Shown here: positions 16,886 to 25,649 of the stretch, one piece after another
Layout: the number at the start of each line of letters is the position of its first letter
How positions within the stretch are numbered: position 1 is the first letter of the stretch
IMG/VR virus record: IMGVR_UViG_3300048575_000218
Coordinates: 1-32,633 of that record
Source: a virus
Lineage: Duplodnaviria > Caudoviricetes
Length of the DNA: 32,633 nucleotides
Direction: 5' to 3' (one strand)
Program-made: the position numbers and the translations under genes
Notes under the pieces: model-generated
Database searches by the model: none
What the model saw: the letters and a program-made list of their open reading frames with translations, nothing else
Told to the model about the DNA's origin: nothing

Positions 16886-16925
16886 GCTTCTTCCAAAATA
16901 CATTGCCTCCCGCGCGCGCGAGCAT
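16882..16925 (+). promoter_or_regulatory. Late-type promoter for the tape measure/tail tip operon
   Basis: TTTTGCTTCTTCCAAA (16882-16897), 22-nt spacer, GAGCAT (16920-16925). Confidence 0.65.
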
Positions 16926-16957
16926 GACGGCACACCCACTGCCTGACTCCGCCCGCC

Positions 16958-19900
16958 ATGGCCTCCAAAGACCTCGAAATTGCGCTGCGCATCCAAGCCG
17001 ACCTCAAGCAGGGCCAGCAGGCTCTGCGGGAGTTCGGCGGCGATGTAGCCGAAGTGGGCTCGGCCGCTCAACAAGCGAACACCCAGCTGCAGGCAACCGC
17101 GGCCGCAACGGACAAGCTGGCCGCCAAGTCGCAGAGCGCGGCCGCAGGCATCAAGAAGGTCGGCGACTCCGCCAAGGGTGCTGCCGGTGGCTTCGATGAG
17201 GGGGCGGAGGCGGCACAGCGCCAGGCGCGCGAGCTGGCCGAGCTGCTGGGGCAGATCGACCCGGTTATCCGCGAGCTGGATCGACTGGATGACATGGAGC
17301 AGCGCCTGCGTGGCTTCCGCAGCAAGGGGCTGATCGACGCTGAGGGCTTCGATCTCTACAACGCCAAGCTCAAGGAAAACCGTGTCCGCCTGGCTGGCAG
17401 CGAAGAGACCATGCGTGCGGCCGGCATCACCGCCGGCCAGTACAAGCAGGCCATGGCCCAGCTACCGATGCAGATCACGGACATCACCACCAGCCTGGCC
17501 AGCGGCATGCCGGTATGGATGGTGGCCATCCAGCAAGGCGGCCAGATCCGCGACAGTTTCGGCGGAATTGGCAATGCCGGCCGGGCGTTGCTGACCACCC
17601 TGAACCCGCTGACCTTGGCCATCGGCGCGGCCGTTGTTGCTACCACCGGCCTGCTGGTGGCCTACCAGCAAGGCGGGAAGGAAGGCTTCGAGTTCAACAA
17701 AGCCATCATCATGACCGGCAACTCGGCCGGTACCAGCGCCGACCAGTTGGCCAACATGGCCGCGCGAATCGATGGCATCTCCGGTACCCAGCGCCAAGCC
17801 GCTGCCGCGCTGGCCGAAGTGACCAATGCCGGCAAGTTCACCGCCGAGCAGATCGAGAAGATCGCGACCACCGCCGTAGTGATGGAGAACACCATCGGCA
17901 AGGCGGTGGCAGATACCGTCGCCGAGTTCGAGCGCCTGGCCGATGAGCCGGCCCAGGCCGCTGCTGAGCTGAACGAGCAGTACAACTTCCTCACTGCGGC
18001 TGTGTACGAGCAGATCGCCGCTCTGGAAGCCCAGGGTAATGAAGCTGCTGCCGCCCAGCTGGCCATGGATGCCCTGGCTAGCACCATGCAGCAGCGTGCC
18101 CAGGAGATCGCCGGCAACCTGGGGCTGATCGAGTCGGCCTGGAAGGGCATCAAGAACGTCGCGGCCGAGGCCTGGGACGAGATGCTGGGTATTGGCCGCG
18201 ATGCAACCCTGGAAGACCAACTGGCAGAAATGCAGCTCCGGCGCACCGATGCGCGCTATGGCGTGCGCGGTGATCGCCTGGGGACCAGCATCGACCCGGA
18301 AATCGCTGCCGCGCTCGATGCCGAAGAGCAGCGGCTGAACCTGCAGATTCAGCAGCGTGACCAGGAGGCGGCTTGGGCAGCAGAGCTGACCAAGATCAAC
18401 GAAGACTCCATCGCTGCTCAGCAGGAGCTGGCGAAGATCCGCGAACAGTCGCTGAGCAAGGTCGAGCAGAAGGAAAAGGCGATCGCCGAGTACCGAGCCA
18501 ACGTGGAGAAGGTCCGTGCGGCAAACCCAGACTCGGAGCTGATCAGCGACGACAAAATCGCCAAGGACATCGCCGCCATCGAGGCGCGCTACGCAGAGCG
18601 AGCAAAGAAGACCCGGACGCCCAAGCCGAAGGTCGACCAGGAGCTGAAGCAACAGGAGCAGTACGTTGCCCAGCAGGAGCGCCAGGCAGCCACTCTGGGC
18701 AAGAACGCCGAAGAGGTGCGCCAGTACGAGCTGGCCGAGAAAGGCCTGACCGGCGCCCTGCAGGCGCGTGCCGCAGCAGCCCTGGAGCTGATCAACCAGG
18801 AGGAGCGCAAGCGCCAGGCCGACGCCGATGGCAAGCAGCTGGCCAGCCTGCAGGCGCAGCTGCTGGCCGCTCAGGGGCAGCAAGCAGCTGCTGCGGCCAT
18901 GCAGATCGAGCAGCAGTATGGCGAGCTGATTTCCCGCCTGCAGGAGCGCGGTGATCAGGCGGGCCTGAACCTGGTCGACAGCCTGATCAATGTCGAGCGG
19001 GCTTCTGCCCAGCTTGGCGAGCTGCAGGCTCAGGTTGATCGCGTGTTCGCCGACCAGGCTCGCCAGGAGGGCAGTATCCAGGCTCAGCAGCAGGCAGGGC
19101 TGATCAGCGAGATCGGTGCTCGCCAGCAGATCATCGACCTGCATGCCCGCACCACTGCCGAGGTGGAGAAGCTGTTGCCGCAGATGCAGCAGCTGGCGGC
19201 CCTGACCGGCGACCCCGCCGCCATCGAGCGGGTGAAGGATCTGCAGGCCCAACTGGAGCAGACCAGGTACACCGCCGACGAGCTGAGTAATGCCCTGAGG
19301 AGCGGCTTCGAGACTGGCCTGGCCAGCGCCCTAGAAGGGCTCGCGACCGGCACTATGAGTCTGCAGGAGGCCGCCACCAACTTTGTCAGAAGTATTGCCA
19401 GCTCCATGGCTCAGCTAGCAGCTCAGCAGCTAGCTGCTCAGGCTGCCGACGGTTTAGCCAGCCTTTTCGGGGGTGGTAGCAGCGGTGGAAGTGCAGAGGC
19501 TGTGGCTATCACCACGGCTAGCGCCAGTGGCGCCCAGGCAATGGGTCTGGCTATCAGTACTGCCGGCATCCAAGCGGCTCAGGCGATGGCAGCAGCCATC
19601 ACCGCCGCAAGCGGTGGAGGCGCAACCGCCGACGCAATCTCTGGAGTGGCGAGCGCAGCGGGTAGCTCTGGTTCCGGCTCAAGCGGCGGCGGATGGATGA
19701 GCATGATCGCTAGCGTGGCCAGCATGTTCTTTGCGGATGGTGGCCATGTACTGGGCCCAGGAACAGGTACCAGCGACAGCATCCCCGCGATGCTCTCCAA
19801 CTGGGAGTTCGTCACCCGAGCCGCTGTGGTGCAGCAGGAAGGTGCGCTGCCGTTTCTGCACGACTTCAACACCCGCGGCATGGCCGCCCTGGACGACTAC

Positions 19901-20167
19901 GCCCGCCGCGTTCACCACGCCACCGGTGGCCTGGCCGGCGTGCCTGCACCCGCAATGCCTGCACCAGGTCGCACCGGCACCCAGCTGGCCGAACCGGCCA
20001 AGAGCATGAGCGCCACCCTGCAGAACAGCCAGAACTTCTACCTGGTCGACGATCCGCAGCGCATCGCCGAGGTGGCCTTCGGTTCCCGTCAGGGCCAGGA
20101 CGCCATGATCGTGGCGATTTCGCGCGACCCCTCCAAATTCAAAGCAGCCTTGGGAATGAATAGCTGA
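16958..20167 (+). CDS. Tail tape measure protein
   Basis: 1069 aa, Ala/Gln-rich; lambda-H-like QLPMQITDI..SLASG...QQGGQIRDSFGG; C-terminal FADGG..GPGTGTSDSIPAMLS. Confidence 0.95.
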   Translation: MASKDLEIALRIQADLKQGQQALREFGGDVAEVGSAAQQANTQLQATAAATDKLAAKSQSAAAGIKKVGDSAKGAAGGFDEGAEAAQRQARELAELLGQIDPVIRELDRLDDMEQRLRGFRSKGLIDAEGFDLYNAKLKENRVRLAGSEETMRAAGITAGQYKQAMAQLPMQITDITTSLASGMPVWMVAIQQGGQIRDSFGGIGNAGRALLTTLNPLTLAIGAAVVATTGLLVAYQQGGKEGFEFNKAIIMTGNSAGTSADQLANMAARIDGISGTQRQAAAALAEVTNAGKFTAEQIEKIATTAVVMENTIGKAVADTVAEFERLADEPAQAAAELNEQYNFLTAAVYEQIAALEAQGNEAAAAQLAMDALASTMQQRAQEIAGNLGLIESAWKGIKNVAAEAWDEMLGIGRDATLEDQLAEMQLRRTDARYGVRGDRLGTSIDPEIAAALDAEEQRLNLQIQQRDQEAAWAAELTKINEDSIAAQQELAKIREQSLSKVEQKEKAIAEYRANVEKVRAANPDSELISDDKIAKDIAAIEARYAERAKKTRTPKPKVDQELKQQEQYVAQQERQAATLGKNAEEVRQYELAEKGLTGALQARAAAALELINQEERKRQADADGKQLASLQAQLLAAQGQQAAAAAMQIEQQYGELISRLQERGDQAGLNLVDSLINVERASAQLGELQAQVDRVFADQARQEGSIQAQQQAGLISEIGARQQIIDLHARTTAEVEKLLPQMQQLAALTGDPAAIERVKDLQAQLEQTRYTADELSNALRSGFETGLASALEGLATGTMSLQEAATNFVRSIASSMAQLAAQQLAAQAADGLASLFGGGSSGGSAEAVAITTASASGAQAMGLAISTAGIQAAQAMAAAITAASGGGATADAISGVASAAGSSGSGSSGGGWMSMIASVASMFFADGGHVLGPGTGTSDSIPAMLSNWEFVTRAAVVQQEGALPFLHDFNTRGMAALDDYARRVHHATGGLAGVPAPAMPAPGRTGTQLAEPAKSMSATLQNSQNFYLVDDPQRIAEVAFGSRQGQDAMIVAISRDPSKFKAALGMNS

Positions 20168-21681
20168 TGGCTAATCAGATCGGTACCGCCAGCAACCTGG
20201 AGGATCTGTTCGGTAAGATCCTCACCTTTCTCACCAGTAATGCGGCTCTGGTCGCTGCTGGCCAGGCCTGGCAGGTGCTGCGTGTACATCGCGACAACCT
20301 ACTCAGCCTGACCACCAACCTGACCGAGCCGACCACTGCCAACCTGAGAAAGACCTTTCACACCTGCCGCTACGATGCCCGGTCCCTCAACACCAACGGG
20401 CTAACGCAGCTTCGACAGGCGAGCTTCTATGCCACCAACAACGTCAACGGGACCAGCTATGTGCAGATGCGTCTGCGCCAGGCGCGTGCGGTTGCCAAGG
20501 TAAGGCTGCGGGCGCCTCGGGCGGGCGATCAGGCCAGCATGGTGCGCAACTTCCGCCTGCAGTACTCCGATGACGGCTCCTCCTGGACGACGGCTCTGAC
20601 GGTCAGCTCGACGGGGGTCTATTCCGAAGGGGAGTGGCGAGACTTCGCTGTTCCTGGAACACCAGGAAGCCATGCCTACTGGCGGATCATCATCGACTCC
20701 GTGCAGACCGGCTCCACGAACGTTGGCTGGGCTTCGATGCTGTTGCTGGAGGCGGACGGAACGGTTGCTAACCACTTTGGCAGCGAGGTGATCCTCAAGG
20801 CCACCGGCCTGGCCGGGGCGGATGAGATCTTCACCGGCATCCGTTCGGAGTACGACGCCGCCGCCGGCTGGTACAACCTATTCCTTAATGGTTACGCCGG
20901 CTTCGATCCCAACGAGATGTCCTGGTTTGACCAGCCTGGTGCGCTTCCCGGACACGGCTCTGCCATTCCCATGGCTGTTCCGATGGTGCCTTGCTGGGAT
21001 GCCAGCATGCCCTTCTGGCTGGTCGCCAGCGGGCGCTCCTTCCGCTTCGCGGTGAAGGTTTCCACCTCATACGAGGGCGGATACCTGGGCTTCCTGCTGC
21101 CTTACAGCACGCCATCGCAGTTTCCGTATCCGCTGCTTGTCGGTGGTTCCCTGTGCCCACAGGACACCAACCGTTCGGCCGAATGGCGTTACAGCTACGC
21201 CAACTGGCGCCATGGCGTCTTTCCGGGGCCGGGTGCTGACGCATCGCCGGCCGCCGAATCGCGCTGGGCAACCCTGTACATGCGGACTCCCACCGGACAG
21301 TGGACCTGGTTTGCCAACCGTCCCAACTCCTCCAGCAGCCAGGCTGACGGGATTTTCGGGCCATCTTTCAACGGTACCCCGCCATGGTCGCCGGGCGGTG
21401 CCTGGCGATCCGTCTGGCCCCACTGCATGAACGATCAATGGGGCTCAGGCAAGCGCCCATACCGTGAATGCCTTGGCGGTGGGTACATGCCCCAGCGCTG
21501 CGTGCTTCTGCAGAACACGCCGTTTCCCGCCGTGTGGGGAGAGCTGGAGGGGGTGTTCAGCATCTCCGGGTATCAGAACGCGCCGGAGAACACCACGACG
21601 GTTGGTGGCGTTCAGCATGTCGTGTTCCAGAACGCCTACCGCAATACCGTCCATGAGTTCTGGACGCTTTCGCTCGACTGA
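20167..21681 (+). CDS. Tail structural protein with inserted discoidin (F5/8 type C)-like domain
   Basis: Follows tape measure; FRLQYSDDGSSWT...YWRIII discoidin signature; GFLLPYSTPSQFPYPLLVGG and VWGELEGV motifs. Confidence 0.8.
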   Translation: MANQIGTASNLEDLFGKILTFLTSNAALVAAGQAWQVLRVHRDNLLSLTTNLTEPTTANLRKTFHTCRYDARSLNTNGLTQLRQASFYATNNVNGTSYVQMRLRQARAVAKVRLRAPRAGDQASMVRNFRLQYSDDGSSWTTALTVSSTGVYSEGEWRDFAVPGTPGSHAYWRIIIDSVQTGSTNVGWASMLLLEADGTVANHFGSEVILKATGLAGADEIFTGIRSEYDAAAGWYNLFLNGYAGFDPNEMSWFDQPGALPGHGSAIPMAVPMVPCWDASMPFWLVASGRSFRFAVKVSTSYEGGYLGFLLPYSTPSQFPYPLLVGGSLCPQDTNRSAEWRYSYANWRHGVFPGPGADASPAAESRWATLYMRTPTGQWTWFANRPNSSSSQADGIFGPSFNGTPPWSPGGAWRSVWPHCMNDQWGSGKRPYRECLGGGYMPQRCVLLQNTPFPAVWGELEGVFSISGYQNAPENTTTVGGVQHVVFQNAYRNTVHEFWTLSLD

Positions 21682-21690
21682 GGAGTTCCT

Positions 21691-22680
21691 ATGGCTTACC
21701 AAACAGGCACAGCTACCTCGGCGGCGGATCTGCTGGACAAGTTCCGGCTGTTTGCCGAGGCGCAGGGCTGGACTACCAACCGTAACGCCGCGGCGGGCTT
21801 GGGCAGGGAGGTCTGCATCTCCAGATCGGGGGCCTTCTTCAATTTCCGCGCCTTCCAGGGCGAGACGATGATCGTCAACGGGAGCAGCGCCGCCAGCAAA
21901 TTTGGCATTCTGCTGAACGGCTCCGATGGCTATGACTCTGGCCTTGCCTGGGACCGCCAGCCGGGCTACCCCGTCCGCAACTCATCCTCTAACGGTGACC
22001 AGGGGCACGTGCTGATGCCGCTGGTGTTCTCGACAGGGCCGTTCCTGGCTCACCACTTCTTCGCCCCGACACCGGGCTGCCTCTACTGCGAGCTGGAGGC
22101 CGACAGCGGCATCTTTATGAGGTTTGGCTGTGGCAGCCTGGAGCTGCTCAATCCGGCAGCACCTGGTGGTGGTCGCTTCTTCTACGCGACCGGAGGCAGC
22201 CATGTGACCAACTCGACGTCGACCGGTTGGTTGTCGAGTGATGCCCAGAACAGCACCTCGGCGCTGGAGCTTGTTCCTTTCCGCGCTGCGGATATCGGCA
22301 GCAGCCCGGCGCTGTCTGGCTCTATGGTCAGGGCTGCATTTGGCTCTTTCAACGGCTGGGCAAATAGCGGGAGAGGTATTCACTCGTCGCTGCAGGCGAT
22401 GGTCTGCCAGGGCGGCGGCTGTCATGACCGCGTGCTGCGCGACTACAGCCCATCGCCGCTCAATGGTGTCGGCGTGCTCTTGCCGAACATCGTCGCCCTG
22501 AACGTCGGCGACGAGTTCCTGGCCCCCATCGGCGTGGTGCCTGGGATGCGCTACATGGACATGACTGGCTACCTGCCGGGCGATGAGTTCAGCCTGGGCG
22601 GGGATACCTGGAAGGTGTTCCCCTGGTATCAGAAGGGTGGTCACAGCTACCAGCTGGGCATCGCCCTGTTGAAGGCCTGA
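21691..22680 (+). CDS. Tail structural protein
   Basis: GAGGAG RBS; MAYQTGTA start; position in the D3112-type tail tip cluster. Confidence 0.8.
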   Translation: MAYQTGTATSAADLLDKFRLFAEAQGWTTNRNAAAGLGREVCISRSGAFFNFRAFQGETMIVNGSSAASKFGILLNGSDGYDSGLAWDRQPGYPVRNSSSNGDQGHVLMPLVFSTGPFLAHHFFAPTPGCLYCELEADSGIFMRFGCGSLELLNPAAPGGGRFFYATGGSHVTNSTSTGWLSSDAQNSTSALELVPFRAADIGSSPALSGSMVRAAFGSFNGWANSGRGIHSSLQAMVCQGGGCHDRVLRDYSPSPLNGVGVLLPNIVALNVGDEFLAPIGVVPGMRYMDMTGYLPGDEFSLGGDTWKVFPWYQKGGHSYQLGIALLKA

Positions 22681-22682
22681 CG

Positions 22683-24392
22683 ATGGCTGTGATCGTTTCC
22701 TATGCCGTCGCCGGCCCTGCCTTCAGGCGGGCAGGCACGCCTGACTGGACCAACGCGCTGGACGGCTTCGGTCCGGTAGACATCAGTCCGCAGGCTTCTC
22801 CCTACCTGCTCAGCCACCTTGGTTGCGCTCCGGTGGTTAACAACCTGCCTATTGCAGAGCCTGCATACGCCTTCTCAGGCGTCACGGCCCCAAGCTTTCT
22901 GGACGACTACTACTTCCGCGTTCATGCCCGCCCGACCCGTATCGACCTGGGCAACGTCGTTTCCACGCAGACAACGACGGTCCGGGTCTGGAATGCGTGG
23001 CTGGAGCCGAGAGTGCTTCTCGGCGTCGCCGGTATCGAGGAGGGAGTGATTCTGAGCGGGCAGCCATCCCCGCCGATGAACTTCGGTGGGCTGCAGGAGC
23101 TGGAGTGGCAGTTGGCCGTGACTCCCGATGGCCAGCCGGTCCTGGATACCGTGCTGGAGTGGTCCTTCGACAACGGCGATATCGCCGGCATCCGAGTAAC
23201 CGCCAACCGCATCATCGCGTGGTCATTTGCCCCTGATTGGGCTGATGGCGTTGTGGAGACGCTGGAATGGCTGACTGACGTGCTCACCAGCGAGACGGCC
23301 GTGGAGCAGCGCCGTGCACTGCGCCTGGCACCGCGTCGGGAGTTTGAGGCCAAGATGTATGTCGAGGGCAGCGACCGCCAGCTCCTGGACATGCTGCTGT
23401 ACGGTTGGGGCTCCAGGGTCTGGGCCCTGCCGATCTGGCACGAAATTCAGCAGTTGCAGGGCGATCTCGCCCTGGGCGCTCAGCGCATTAACTGTGCCAC
23501 GCAGTATCTCGACTTCGAGGCGGGTGGCCTGGCGATGCTGCGAGGTGAGAGCGCCTTCGACTTCGAGGTGGTCGAGGTCGGCACGTTGGACGCCGCCGGC
23601 CTGAACCTGGCACGGCCTACCCAGCGGGCGTGGGCGCGCGGGTCTCGCCTGTATCCGGTTCGCCCGGCACAGCTCCTGGAGCCGCCGGCTCTTACCCGCC
23701 TGACCGACCAGGCCGTGGCCATGGATGTGCGCTTTCGCCTCTCCAGCCCGAGCAACTGGCCGGCGGTGCTGCCTGCCACTCTTTACCGGGGCTATCCGGT
23801 GCTCGAGCAACGACCGGAAGAGTCTGAGGATCTGACCTCGAGCTTCGAGCGGCTGACACAGCTCTTTGACTCCGGCCTTTCCATGCCGCTGGTGAGCACT
23901 ACCAGCCGGGCTCTACCGGTACAGGGATGGCGCTGGCTGGAGGAAGGTCGAGCGGCCCGCGCTGCACTACGATCGCTGCTCTACGGTCTGCGCGGTCGCC
24001 AGGTGCCGGTGTGGGTGCCGACACATGCGGATGATCTGCAGCTGGTCGCAACGATCGCCAGCGCGTCGCTGACGTTTGATGTGGCGAACATCGCGTACAC
24101 CCGCTTCGGCCAGTCTCGCCCAGGCCGGAGGGATATCCGCATCGAGCTGGTGAACGGAACGGTCTTTCACCGTCGCATCACCGGTAGCACCGAGCTGGCC
24201 GGCAACATCGAGCGCCTGGCCATCGACAGCGCTCTGGGCCAGACAGTGGAGCCCAGCCAGGTTTCGCGCATCAGCTGGATGGTGCTGAGCCGTGGCAACA
24301 GCGATCGCGTGGAGATCGAACACCAGACCGACAGCGAGGGCGTGGCCAGTTGCGCTCTGACCTTCAGAGGAGTCCGCGACGATGAGTTTTGA
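22683..24392 (+). CDS. Tail structural protein (distal tail/hub-like)
   Basis: PDWADGVVETLEWLTDVL and EQRRALRLAPRR motifs. Confidence 0.8.
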   Translation: MAVIVSYAVAGPAFRRAGTPDWTNALDGFGPVDISPQASPYLLSHLGCAPVVNNLPIAEPAYAFSGVTAPSFLDDYYFRVHARPTRIDLGNVVSTQTTTVRVWNAWLEPRVLLGVAGIEEGVILSGQPSPPMNFGGLQELEWQLAVTPDGQPVLDTVLEWSFDNGDIAGIRVTANRIIAWSFAPDWADGVVETLEWLTDVLTSETAVEQRRALRLAPRREFEAKMYVEGSDRQLLDMLLYGWGSRVWALPIWHEIQQLQGDLALGAQRINCATQYLDFEAGGLAMLRGESAFDFEVVEVGTLDAAGLNLARPTQRAWARGSRLYPVRPAQLLEPPALTRLTDQAVAMDVRFRLSSPSNWPAVLPATLYRGYPVLEQRPEESEDLTSSFERLTQLFDSGLSMPLVSTTSRALPVQGWRWLEEGRAARAALRSLLYGLRGRQVPVWVPTHADDLQLVATIASASLTFDVANIAYTRFGQSRPGRRDIRIELVNGTVFHRRITGSTELAGNIERLAIDSALGQTVEPSQVSRISWMVLSRGNSDRVEIEHQTDSEGVASCALTFRGVRDDEF

Positions 24393-25203
24393 CAGCCGTG
24401 AGGTGTCTCTCGCAGGCGGTCAGCCGATTCGCCTTTACGAGTTCCGCCGTGGCGCCCTCCGTTGGGCTTACAACACCAGCGATCGCGACCACACCTACGC
24501 CAACCAGATCTACCGCTCGGTTCGGGGTGGGATCAGTGACCAGGGCATCCTGCACTCCGGCGACCCGAACACCGACAAGCTGGTGATAAACGCGCCGGCC
24601 GACCTGGACGTGGCGCAGATGTTCCGCGCAGTGGCCCCCAGCGACGAGATTGCCGTCACGGTGCGCGACATGCACTACGGCGATGCCGAGGTGCTGGTCT
24701 CCTGGATCGGCAGCGTCGCTAACGTGAATTGGCCGGCGTTCGATCGCACCCGCATTACCTGCCTAAGCATCGAGGCCAGCATGTACCAGCCGGGTCTGGT
24801 GGAGACTTACACCAGGTCCTGCTCGGCGGTGCTCGGCGACAGCAAGTGTGGGGTCAACGTAGACGCGTATCGCATCACCGGCCTCCTGCAGGGCATGACT
24901 GGTGCGACGCTGACCGTTGGTGCTGCAGGCGGCTTTCCAAACGGCTACTTCACTGCCGGCTATGTGGAGTGGGACATCGGCTCTGGCGAGTATGACCGCC
25001 GCCACATCGAGGGCCATGCGGGCTCCACCCTGTGGATGCTGGGCGGTACCGCGGGCATCCCTGCTGGTACGCAGCTGCGGATCTACCCTGGCTGCGATTT
25101 CCTCATCACTACGTGTGACGCCAAGTTCGGGAACAAGGATCGGTTCCGCGGCATCCCCCACCTGCAGGGACGCTCTCCCTTCGATGGCAATCAGGTCTGG
25201 TGA
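24382..25203 (+). CDS. Tail tip protein, DUF2163/BR0599 (gpL-like) family
   Basis: Cys pattern CSAVLGDSKC...PGCD...TCDAKFGN...FRGIPH. Confidence 0.88.
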   Translation: MSFDSREVSLAGGQPIRLYEFRRGALRWAYNTSDRDHTYANQIYRSVRGGISDQGILHSGDPNTDKLVINAPADLDVAQMFRAVAPSDEIAVTVRDMHYGDAEVLVSWIGSVANVNWPAFDRTRITCLSIEASMYQPGLVETYTRSCSAVLGDSKCGVNVDAYRITGLLQGMTGATLTVGAAGGFPNGYFTAGYVEWDIGSGEYDRRHIEGHAGSTLWMLGGTAGIPAGTQLRIYPGCDFLITTCDAKFGNKDRFRGIPHLQGRSPFDGNQVW

Positions 25204-25206
25204 TCT

Positions 25207-25437
25207 ATGTGGCCCCAAATCGTCTGGCTCGTCGCCTCCATCATCATCAGCATCGCGCTGCAGCCCAAACCCAAGTCGCCCAAGCCGACGGCGTTCGAGG
25301 ACATTGACTTCCCCCTCTGCGACGAGGGCGAGGACAAGACCGCTGTCTTCGGCCAGGTCTGGCAGACAGGCTGGATGGTGCTGACCGTAGGCAATTACCG
25401 CACCAAGAAGATCAAGTCGAAGGGTGGCAAGAAGTGA
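25207..25437 (+). CDS. Small tail assembly protein
   Basis: Hydrophobic N-terminus, FP..DEG...VFG, ends KSKGGKK. Confidence 0.8.
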   Translation: MWPQIVWLVASIIISIALQPKPKSPKPTAFEDIDFPLCDEGEDKTAVFGQVWQTGWMVLTVGNYRTKKIKSKGGKK

Positions 25438-25649
25438 TCATCACCATTGACCATCTGCACTCGGTACCGACCTGGAACGGTCGGCAAGGCTTTTGCCACA
25501 AGCAATCGCGGGCTTTCTTCCAGCGCCACGGCCTGGACTGGATGAAGTTCCTGCGGGAAGGCATAGAGGCCGAGCTGCTGCTGGCCACCGACGATGCGCT
25601 GGCCCGCCACCTGGTTGAACATGCTCTCAAGGAGTGCGGCCATGAGTAG
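25434..25649 (+). CDS. Small tail assembly protein
   Basis: GFC....RAFF.RHGLDW..FLREGI motif; GTGA overlap. Confidence 0.8.
   Translation: MIITIDHLHSVPTWNGRQGFCHKQSRAFFQRHGLDWMKFLREGIEAELLLATDDALARHLVEHALKECGHE

Noticed and set aside
4905-19252. Long minus-strand ORFs (4905-5978, 5503-7290, 6981-9152, 10952-12208, 12102-14270, 17462-19252)
   Set aside because: Antisense shadows of clear phage genes in high-GC3 DNA; no recognisable motifs
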